Below are positions 9,232-17,391 of a DNA stretch of 32,000 nucleotides, in pieces. The first letter of the stretch is position 1. Each line of letters begins with the position of its first letter. The stretch is from positions 120,001 to 152,000 of the forward strand of contig NZ_CP065936.1 in NCBI RefSeq assembly GCF_003367075.2, in the 5' to 3' direction. Below the pieces are notes generated by a model. It ran no database searches, was not told the origin of the DNA, and was given only the letters and a program-made list of their open reading frames with translations. Source of the DNA: Cylindrospermopsis raciborskii Cr2010 (lineage in GTDB: Bacteria > Cyanobacteriota > Cyanobacteriia > Cyanobacteriales > Nostocaceae). The position numbers and the translations under genes were made by a program.

Positions 9232-11616
9232 ATGAGCAAATTTCGCGTTAATCCCTATCTGCAAAATCCCTCTTCCAATGGGGTTTCTGTCACTTGGTTT
9301 ACTACAGAAGATGTGGACGGTACTCTTACAGTGACTGGCCCAGGTTTGACCAGTCCTTTAGTGTTAACCAGTAATCCCACCTTTGAACCCGTACTCGCCT
9401 ACACCACTGCGGAGCAAAATCAGACCATCACGGGGTTGGCAAATAGTTGGTTAATCGACAACAATAATTACAAGCACAGAATAAATTTAGACGGATTAGA
9501 TTCAAATCAGACTTATAGTTACACCGTCGCCCAAGGGGGTGCTACCTTTACTTCTACCTTTAAAACTGCTCCCCTTGCTACAGAATGGTCTAGTATTCGC
9601 TTCATTGCCATGTCCGACAGTGAAACAGAACCCCGTGGGCGAATCACCTATCGGGAGTGGCAACCAGGTTTATTGGCGGAGGGTTCTGAGCGTCCTAGCT
9701 TAACGGGTAGTCAGTGGGCTACCACCTTTGGCACCTCTGGTTCTGGCGCTGCCCAAACCTTGCGCTATGCGCTGACGGAAACTAAGGGGTATCAAGAGAA
9801 CTTGAATATTGTCAACAGTAGAAACCCGGACTTTTTACTCATGCCTGGAGACCTGGTACAAGGGGGTGGCTACCAACCAGGTTGGGATGAATTTTTCCGT
9901 CACAACGCCGGGGAGTTTGATAGTGGGCTGTCTAAGTACGCCATTTTACCCGCCCTGGGGAACTGGGAAAATTTTGGCGCTCTCAACGGGGGGTATGGTA
10001 CGGATGCTGATGGCCGTTTTGGACCAAAGTTTGGGCGAGATAAGTACCATGTTTACTTTGATAGTCCGGAAAATGGAACTCCAACTCACCGGGACAACTA
10101 CTACCGGGTAGACTATGGTCCTGTGACTATCCTCACTCTAGATAGCTCTAATGGGGAACCGGATGATCGCCGCAGTAACTATGGTGGTTCGGGTCAGCCA
10201 CCTAAGGTCACTGGTACTACTTTTACTGATCCGGGAAAAGACACCCAGGATAATTATACCCGTCAACAGTACGAAAGCTTTGGCGGTACTGATCTGGCAG
10301 ACTTTAACCCCGGTAGTACTCAGTGGAACTGGGTAGAGGCCCAACTTCAAGATGCGCGCGCTAATGGTCAAATCATTTTTGTACAGTTTCACCATGTTCC
10401 CTATAGTAGTGGCGAGCATGGACAACCTATGAATCATGACTTATCCACTGGTCAGGGCGGTACACCTCTACGCCAATATCAAGGAATGTTTGAAACCTAT
10501 GGTGTTGCTGCTGTTCTCTCTGGTCATAGTGAGATGTTTGAGCGTAGTTTTGTCGATCAAAATGCAGATGGCACTGGGGTCACTTACTACGATGTTGGTG
10601 TGTCCGGTGATGGATTACGGGGTGAAAAGCGCACGGGATCTGGGGTGAGTACTCCTTTGCTTAGTTATAATGAGTACAGTCAGTGGACTGCCGATCAAAG
10701 TGAAGCGGAGGTTTGGAAAGTGATTGATGGTGTGCCTCAACTCGTGGACGGAGGCAAACATTATGGTCATTTGGAGGTAAATATTGAACCTTTCACTCCT
10801 ATAGCAGGAATCACTGCCAAAATTGAGTTTACGCCGGTCTACAGTTTCCCCATTCTGGATGCAACCTATAACCTTGTGGCAACTGAGCGCCGCGTTTATG
10901 ATGATCCGGTGGTTATGCTGGTCACGGATGAAGGATCGGTGATTAATATTCCTTTAACTCCTGAGGCTACTGTGGCGGTCTTAGAAGCTAAGCTAGTCAC
11001 TACTACACCAGGATCTGATATGGTCATTGCTAATGCCCCCAATAGTCAGGCAGATGGTATCAATGACCTGATCTTGACCGGAGCTGGAAATGATGAGGTG
11101 GATACTACTTTGTCTTTGCCCCTAACTCTGAAGGGACAAAATCGTATTTTTACGGGGAGTGGTAGTGATATAATAACGGTAAATGATCAGGATCGGGGTT
11201 TTGGCGGCAGTGGTAATGATGTATTTTATGCCACAGATGCCAGTGGCTACCGGATCTCTGGTGGTGTGGGTAATGATATCTTCTACCTCGGTGTTAATGG
11301 TCGTGCCATCGGTGGTGAAGGTGATGACCGGTTCTTCGTGGGTGAAGGTGGAGGTAATATAATCTCTGGTGGTGCTGGTGCGGATCAGTTTTGGATTCTC
11401 ACTGATGACCCTACCAAGTTAAAAGCATCTAACACGATTGTTGACTACACCATCGGTACGGATGTAATAGGCATTACTAACCAGGTTGCCAACTCTAAGG
11501 GTGACCTCACCTTCAGTGGTAGTGATATCAGCCTAAATGGTGTGTTAATTGCTACTCTTAACGGAGTGAATGCTGCAGGTGCAACCTTCGTTTTTGCCAA
11601 TCCTTTGGCCAGCTAG
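9232..11616 (+). CDS. Secreted purple-acid-phosphatase-like metallophosphoesterase with an RTX-like C-terminal module.
   Basis: 794-aa ORF. PAP-type N-terminus (NPYLQNPSSNGVSVTWFT). Calcineurin-like motif order: FIAMSDSE, PGDLVQGG, LGNWEN, VQFHHVPYSS, LSGHSEMFERS. No signal peptide. Shared C-terminal module. Confidence 0.65.
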   Translation: MSKFRVNPYLQNPSSNGVSVTWFTTEDVDGTLTVTGPGLTSPLVLTSNPTFEPVLAYTTAEQNQTITGLANSWLIDNNNYKHRINLDGLDSNQTYSYTVAQGGATFTSTFKTAPLATEWSSIRFIAMSDSETEPRGRITYREWQPGLLAEGSERPSLTGSQWATTFGTSGSGAAQTLRYALTETKGYQENLNIVNSRNPDFLLMPGDLVQGGGYQPGWDEFFRHNAGEFDSGLSKYAILPALGNWENFGALNGGYGTDADGRFGPKFGRDKYHVYFDSPENGTPTHRDNYYRVDYGPVTILTLDSSNGEPDDRRSNYGGSGQPPKVTGTTFTDPGKDTQDNYTRQQYESFGGTDLADFNPGSTQWNWVEAQLQDARANGQIIFVQFHHVPYSSGEHGQPMNHDLSTGQGGTPLRQYQGMFETYGVAAVLSGHSEMFERSFVDQNADGTGVTYYDVGVSGDGLRGEKRTGSGVSTPLLSYNEYSQWTADQSEAEVWKVIDGVPQLVDGGKHYGHLEVNIEPFTPIAGITAKIEFTPVYSFPILDATYNLVATERRVYDDPVVMLVTDEGSVINIPLTPEATVAVLEAKLVTTTPGSDMVIANAPNSQADGINDLILTGAGNDEVDTTLSLPLTLKGQNRIFTGSGSDIITVNDQDRGFGGSGNDVFYATDASGYRISGGVGNDIFYLGVNGRAIGGEGDDRFFVGEGGGNIISGGAGADQFWILTDDPTKLKASNTIVDYTIGTDVIGITNQVANSKGDLTFSGSDISLNGVLIATLNGVNAAGATFVFANPLAS

Positions 11617-11628
11617 TAAAGATTACCG
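11244..11628 (+). repeat. Copy C of the shared 3' module (shorter; similarity ends about 12 bp after the stop codon).
   Basis: Offset 5416 from copy A. Only a handful of mismatches across 11286-11470. Amino-acid similarity extends upstream to about 11050. The downstream hairpin and TTAA motifs are absent. Confidence 0.85.
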
Positions 11629-11646
11629 AAAAAGTGATTTTTACAA

Positions 11647-11670
11647 CCCCCGATAAATCGGGGGTCTTTT
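11647..11670 (+). terminator. Rho-independent terminator closing the three-gene secreted-enzyme cluster.
   Basis: CCCCCGA-TAAA-TCGGGGG followed by TCTTTT, 30 nt after the stop codon. It is the only canonical terminator I see in 1-11700. Confidence 0.75.
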
Positions 11671-11699
11671 GCTGAAATTAAGTTAATTGAAAATGGTGT

Positions 11700-12476
11700 T
11701 TATTTCAGTAAATTTTGAAATTCCCTGTTATACTTAACTTGAATAAAGTCATTATCTGCTTTTGCTAGTTCAGTATATTTTTGACGTTCCATCTTAATAG
11801 CTTTGGCTAAAGACTTCACAGCTAAGTCTGTCTGCTTCTGTAAGGCATAATTACAAGCCTTATTATAATATGCGGCGGCGAAATTCGGATTGATGCTAAT
11901 TGCTTGATTATAGGATGCCAAACCTTCCTGGTAGCGTCTTAGTTTTGTCAGGGCAATTCCCTTGTTTATCCATGCCTCAAATTTATTTGGCTCAATCACT
12001 ATAGACTCGTTATATGACCTTATTGCCTCTTCGTAACGACCTAATGCTGATAGGGCATTTCCTCGATTATACCAGGCTTCATTTTTGTTAGGGCGGAGGG
12101 CGATCGCCTGATTATAAGATCTCAATGCTTCTTCGTATTGTTTTAGCGATAATAGAGCATTTCCCCTATTTACCCATGATGGTACACTATCCTTTTGAAT
12201 TTCAATTACCCGGTTATAGAGCTGAAGTGCTTCTTCGTAGCGTCCCCTATCTAAGAAACCATTGCCCTGACTCAATAGATTTGAGACTTTTTGACTATCC
12301 TGAACCTGGGCCATTAGCCGTGCTACGTTATTTTCCTGAACAATTTGTTTTGTATATTCCGTAGAAGATTGGGCTGCATCAGCACAGCTGCTTACTAGGA
12401 AACCAATCAACCCAGATGTAATCAAGCGTCGAAAAATAAACATACTACAACTACGCAAAATATCATCTCCTAGCAT
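11700..12476 (-). CDS. TPR-repeat lipoprotein.
   Basis: Six to seven consecutive 34-aa TPR units (pattern W.N.G.AL..L..YEEAL.SYN.AI...P). The N-terminus has the lipobox-like LVSSC. An alternative start is the ATG at 12443 (MFIFRRL...). Confidence 0.75.
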   Translation of the reverse strand: MLGDDILRSCSMFIFRRLITSGLIGFLVSSCADAAQSSTEYTKQIVQENNVARLMAQVQDSQKVSNLLSQGNGFLDRGRYEEALQLYNRVIEIQKDSVPSWVNRGNALLSLKQYEEALRSYNQAIALRPNKNEAWYNRGNALSALGRYEEAIRSYNESIVIEPNKFEAWINKGIALTKLRRYQEGLASYNQAISINPNFAAAYYNKACNYALQKQTDLAVKSLAKAIKMERQKYTELAKADNDFIQVKYNREFQNLLK

Positions 12477-12597
12477 AATTTTATGATTGTTTAATCAGCC
12501 AATGAGGTATCTAAATCAACCATAATAGGACTAATTATCTTTTATTTTCCCCGTTGAAAAATAAAGATTTCAACAACTCTAGTAAAAAAAGACTAAG

Positions 12598-12631
12598 AAT
12601 ACACTAAAAACAATATCATTTTTAGTGTATT
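12598..12631. promoter_or_regulatory. Perfect 13-bp inverted repeat in the divergent TPR/por intergenic region.
   Basis: AATACACTAAAAA - CAATATCA - TTTTTAGTGTATT. On the minus strand a T7 run (12590-12584) follows 7 nt after the stem. Confidence 0.35.
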
Positions 12632-12698
12632 TAGTCAAGGATTTTACAGGAATGATCGGAAATTATGGTTTGGAAGCTCAGTCCCCATATAGGAAGGC

Positions 12699-12727
12699 TT
12701 TACATTTGAGGCACTTCTTGCTACAAT
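12699..12727 (+). promoter_or_regulatory. Putative sigma70-type promoter of por.
   Basis: TTTACA (12699-12704), a 17-nt spacer, then TACAAT (12722-12727). It lies about 95 nt upstream of the por ATG. Confidence 0.45.
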
Positions 12728-12730
12728 TAA

Positions 12731-13783
<1,053 letters not shown>

Positions 13784-13865
13784 GGAGACGGGGGAATGGG
13801 GCTATCTACTATTTAGTATCTCCTATATATTTACTATTTAATGTTTTCTGAGGTTTGAGCAAGTA

Positions 13866-15254
13866 ATGAGTGTGGAGTCTAATTCTAATTCAACTTCTAA
13901 TTTAAGTCCTGATTCTCACAGTTTATCAGGTAACCATTTGCTAGATCATCAATTACACCCAGATGATTTTGATGGTAAAGCGGGTGAAAATACACTGGCT
14001 TCAGAACGTTTCTTTGCTCAACAAGCCCTAACTGCTATTTCCTTCTTACAATCCCCGAAATATACCAATTTTCTCAAAAAATCTACCTCTATTTTCTCCC
14101 ACAACACTACCCTGACCTCCGGTGCTAATTCTCAAGATTTTATCTTTACCCTCCTGGCGATCGCCTTGACTATTATCAGTGCGACTATTAATAATAGTTT
14201 TCTGGGTGTTATCAGCACCATATTGAATATTTTCCTATGCTTAAAACTACTTTTACCCTGGTTGAGAGCAATTATTAAAGAGTGGGTTTCTCCACAAGAT
14301 CAGAAGATTTTTTTAGGTTTTGTCGCCCTTACCTTTGCCATTATTGGCAGCTTAAAATTCTTGGGTTTAGGTAATGTTCTCATCAAGGAAACTCAGAAAA
14401 TTAATTGGGATACTTTAGGAAGTATAGCAGATTGGTTTGGAGCTTTGGGTCAAATTTTTATAGCTATAATTGCCGTTTATGTGGCCTGGAGACAATATAT
14501 AATTTCCAAAGATCTAACTATTCAACAAAATCTACTCACAGTTCAGCAAAATATTATTACCCAACAACAAACCATAGATTCCTACTTTCAAGGAATTTCT
14601 GACTTAGTCTTAGATGAGGAAGGACTATTAGAAGATTGGCCCCAAGAAAGAGCGATCGCTGAAGGGCGCACCTCTGCAATTCTTAGTAGTGTAGATGCTA
14701 GTGGAAAAGCCAAAATACTCAGATTTCTTTCTCGCTCTAAACTCCTCACTCCTTTACAACGTGACCGTCGTCTAGGTAGACCCATTCTTGATGGTATGGG
14801 TGGTTATGCTGAAGACAGATTATATGGAACCCGGGTTATAGATTTAGGAGTAATGTTAGCGGGTTCTGATTTATCAAATACTGATTTACGCTGGACAGAC
14901 TTAACGGAAGTGAATTTAGTTCATGCTAACCTAAGTGGTTGCGATTTAGTCAAAGCTAACCTATCTCGTGCTATACTATACGAGGCAAATATTAACCAAG
15001 CAGATTTAAATGGTATACGTTTGTTTTATGGGTCAGCAGAGCAAGCTTCACCTCGCAGTCGTACTGAACCTCCTAACTATCAAACAGGGGAGCATACAGG
15101 AGCAGTGGTAGAGAACGTGGATTTTACTGATGTACAAAGAATGTCAGAATCAACTCGTTACTATTGTTGTGCTTGGTGTGGAGAGAAATCCAGAACTACC
15201 ATACCTGGTGGTTGTGAAGGAATACCAAATAAATTGGCAAGAAATGAAATTTGA
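13866..15254 (+). CDS. Membrane protein with a C-terminal pentapeptide-repeat domain and a Cys-rich tail.
   Basis: Several hydrophobic helices in residues about 95-210. Pentapeptide repeats: DLSNTDLRWTDLTEVNLVHANLSGCDLVKANLSRAILYEANINQADLNG. C-terminal YYCCAWCGEKSRTTIPGGCEG. Confidence 0.7.
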   Translation: MSVESNSNSTSNLSPDSHSLSGNHLLDHQLHPDDFDGKAGENTLASERFFAQQALTAISFLQSPKYTNFLKKSTSIFSHNTTLTSGANSQDFIFTLLAIALTIISATINNSFLGVISTILNIFLCLKLLLPWLRAIIKEWVSPQDQKIFLGFVALTFAIIGSLKFLGLGNVLIKETQKINWDTLGSIADWFGALGQIFIAIIAVYVAWRQYIISKDLTIQQNLLTVQQNIITQQQTIDSYFQGISDLVLDEEGLLEDWPQERAIAEGRTSAILSSVDASGKAKILRFLSRSKLLTPLQRDRRLGRPILDGMGGYAEDRLYGTRVIDLGVMLAGSDLSNTDLRWTDLTEVNLVHANLSGCDLVKANLSRAILYEANINQADLNGIRLFYGSAEQASPRSRTEPPNYQTGEHTGAVVENVDFTDVQRMSESTRYYCCAWCGEKSRTTIPGGCEGIPNKLARNEI

Positions 15255-15291
15255 TGTATCTTAATATCTTGAATCTTTTTGATTGATAATT

Positions 15292-16239
15292 ATGAGTGAT
15301 AGAATGCGTGCTATTGTAGTTGACCCTAATATACCCGGGCGCTTAACAATAAAAGAAGTTCCCGTACCCACACCCACTGCGAATGAAGCTTTGATTAGAG
15401 TTGCATCAACTTCATTAAATCGCGGTGAACTCAGACGTGCTAGTACAGCTACTCCTGGTTGGCGTCCTGGTTGGGATTTAGCTGGTACTGTAGAAAAATC
15501 CGCTGCTGATGGTTCTGGTCCTGCTGTGGGAACACGGGTAGTAGGTTATGTTCCCAGTGGTGCATGGGGAGAGTTAGTCCCAGTACCCACCCATTCTCTG
15601 TCCGAATTACCACACTTTGTATCATTTACTCAAGCTGCTACCCTACCGATAGCAGGTCTAACAGCTTACCATATCATGAAAAAAGGTGGTTTTCTACTGA
15701 ATAAATCCGTGTTAATTACTGGTGCATCTGGTGGAGTTGGTAACTTTGCCATTCAGCTGGCTCGATTAAGCGGAGCAAAAGTAGTTGCACATCTACGACA
15801 ATCTAAATATGAATCTGTAGTCAAACAAGCGGGAGCTCGTCACGTGGTCATTGGTGAGGATATTTCATCTGCTCAAGTATACGGACCCTATCACTTGATT
15901 GTAGATTCTGTAGGTGGTAATATTCTTGGTCAAGCTCTCAATTTTCTGGACTCTAATGGAACAGCTGTGGTATTTGGAGCTACTGGGGGAAGGGAAGTAA
16001 CCTTTAACGCAGGCAATCTTTATGCTCTTGGTGGTGCGAGTATATATGGGTTAATAGTATTTCATGAATTGAAACAAGAACCAGCGGCTATAGGGTTAAA
16101 ATGGTTGTTGGAGCTAGTGGAATCTGCCCAATTACGTCCCCATATTGAGATAGAAGCGTCATGGAACGAAGTTGCCAACATAGCACAAAAGTTGATGGAA
16201 AGAAGTTTTCCTGGTAAAGCAGTTTTGCATATTTTATGA
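15292..16239 (+). CDS. Zinc-type alcohol dehydrogenase / quinone oxidoreductase family (MDR superfamily) protein.
   Basis: MRAIVV...LIRVASTSLNRGE, the Rossmann motif LITGASGGVGNFAIQLA and the tail FPGKAVL. ATG at 15292 is preferred over TTG at 15283. Confidence 0.7.
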   Translation: MSDRMRAIVVDPNIPGRLTIKEVPVPTPTANEALIRVASTSLNRGELRRASTATPGWRPGWDLAGTVEKSAADGSGPAVGTRVVGYVPSGAWGELVPVPTHSLSELPHFVSFTQAATLPIAGLTAYHIMKKGGFLLNKSVLITGASGGVGNFAIQLARLSGAKVVAHLRQSKYESVVKQAGARHVVIGEDISSAQVYGPYHLIVDSVGGNILGQALNFLDSNGTAVVFGATGGREVTFNAGNLYALGGASIYGLIVFHELKQEPAAIGLKWLLELVESAQLRPHIEIEASWNEVANIAQKLMERSFPGKAVLHIL

Positions 16240-16292
16240 GCCCACTTACTGCTAATCTAATATCAATTAGTTGGTTTGTTATCCATCCGTTT
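16240..16292 (-). pseudogene. Decayed 5' fragment of a sixth coiled-coil unit. It abuts the oxidoreductase stop codon and supplies the aberrant C-terminus of unit 1.
   Basis: GCCCACTTACTGCTAATCTAATATCAATTAGTTGGTTT..GTTATCCATCCGTT aligns to the N-terminal coding part of the intact units (GCGCTCACAGCTAATCTAATATCAATCAGTTGGTTTTCTATGTTATCTATCCGTT). The ATGAGTAA junction and about 25 nt are deleted. Confidence 0.6.
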
Positions 16293-16539
16293 GTGGTGGA
16301 AGATTTTGCAGAATATCTAAAATGCGGCGGTTTTCAGTTTGTAAACCCCTCACATCCAGTTGTATTTCTCTTACTTCTGATTGTATCTCTCTCATTTCTG
16401 TAACCACACTATCAAAGTTACGCTGCAGTACTTCAAAATTACGCTGATGTATAGCCACTGTTTCTAGAAGTGCGCTCACAGCTAATCTAATATCAATCAG
16501 TTGGTTTTCTATGTTATCTATCCGTTCTTGATTACTCAT
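16279..16539 (-). CDS. Coiled-coil mini-protein, array unit 1 (86 aa, two 21-bp repeats, divergent tail PPQTDG).
   Basis: ATG-initiated ORF that tiles exactly with its neighbours. N-terminal module MSNQERIDNIENQLIDIRLAVSALLETVAIHQRNFE; C-terminal module RGLQTENRRILDILQNLPP. Confidence 0.65.
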   Translation of the reverse strand: MSNQERIDNIENQLIDIRLAVSALLETVAIHQRNFEVLQRNFDSVVTEMREIQSEVREIQLDVRGLQTENRRILDILQNLPPQTDG

Positions 16540-16858
16540 AACTTCCCCCGGGTGGAAGATTTTGGAGAATATCTAAAATGCGACGATTTTCAGTTTGCAA
16601 ACCCCTCACATCCAGTTGTATTTCTCTTACTTCTGATTGCATCTCCCTAATTTCTGATTGCATTTCTCTAGTGTCTGATCGCATTTCTCTAATTTCTAAC
16701 TGTATCTCTCTCATTTCTGTAACCATACTGTCAAAGTTACGCTGCATTACTTCAAAATTACGCTGATGTATAGCCACTGTTTCTAGAAGTGCGCTCACAG
16801 CTAGTCTAATATCAATCAGTTGGTTTTCCATGCTATCCATCCGTTCTTGATTACTCAT
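16532..16858 (-). CDS. Coiled-coil mini-protein, array unit 2 (108 aa, five 21-bp repeats).
   Basis: Same N- and C-terminal modules. Its stop overlaps the next ATG by 8 nt (ATGAGTAA). Confidence 0.7.
   Translation of the reverse strand: MSNQERMDSMENQLIDIRLAVSALLETVAIHQRNFEVMQRNFDSMVTEMREIQLEIREMRSDTREMQSEIREMQSEVREIQLDVRGLQTENRRILDILQNLPPGGSYE
16609..16713 (-). repeat. Five in-frame copies of the 21-bp repeat in unit 2.
   Basis: Copies start at 16609, 16630, 16651, 16672 and 16693. Other tracts: unit 1 at 16353-16394 (2 copies), unit 3 at 16928-16969 (2), unit 4 at 17184-17246 (3). Confidence 0.9.
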
Positions 16859-17114
16859 AATTTCCCCCAGGTGGAAGATTTTGGAGAATATCTAAAATGC
16901 GACGATTTTCAGTTTGTAAACCCCTCACATCTAGTTGTATTTCTCTTACTTCTGATTGCATCTCTCTAATTTCTATAACCACACTGTCAAAGTTACGCTG
17001 CATTACTTCAAAATTACGCTGATGTATAGCCACTGTTTCTAGAAGTGCGCTCACAGCTAGTCTAATATCAATCAGTTGGTTTTCCATGCTATCCATCCGT
17101 TCTTGATTACTCAT
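16851..17114 (-). CDS. Coiled-coil mini-protein, array unit 3 (87 aa, two 21-bp repeats).
   Basis: Same modules, with 8-nt overlaps on both sides. Confidence 0.7.
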   Translation of the reverse strand: MSNQERMDSMENQLIDIRLAVSALLETVAIHQRNFEVMQRNFDSVVIEIREMQSEVREIQLDVRGLQTENRRILDILQNLPPGGNYE

Positions 17115-17391
17115 AATTTCCCCCAGGTGGAAGATTTTGGAGAATATCTAAAATGCGACGATTTTCAGTTTGTAAACCCCTCACATCTAGTTGTATTTCT
17201 CTTACTTCTGATTGCATCTCTCTAATTTCTGATTGCATCTCTCTCATTTCTATAACCACACTGTCGAAGTTACGCTGCATCACCTCAAAGTTGCGCTGAT
17301 GTATAGCCACTGTTTCTAGAAGTGCGCTCACAGCTAATCTAATATCAATCAGTTGGTTTTCCATGCTATCCATCCGTTCTTGATTACTCAT
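17107..17391 (-). CDS. Coiled-coil mini-protein, array unit 4 (94 aa, three 21-bp repeats).
   Basis: Same modules, with 8-nt overlaps on both sides. Confidence 0.7.
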   Translation of the reverse strand: MSNQERMDSMENQLIDIRLAVSALLETVAIHQRNFEVMQRNFDSVVIEMREMQSEIREMQSEVREIQLDVRGLQTENRRILDILQNLPPGGNYE

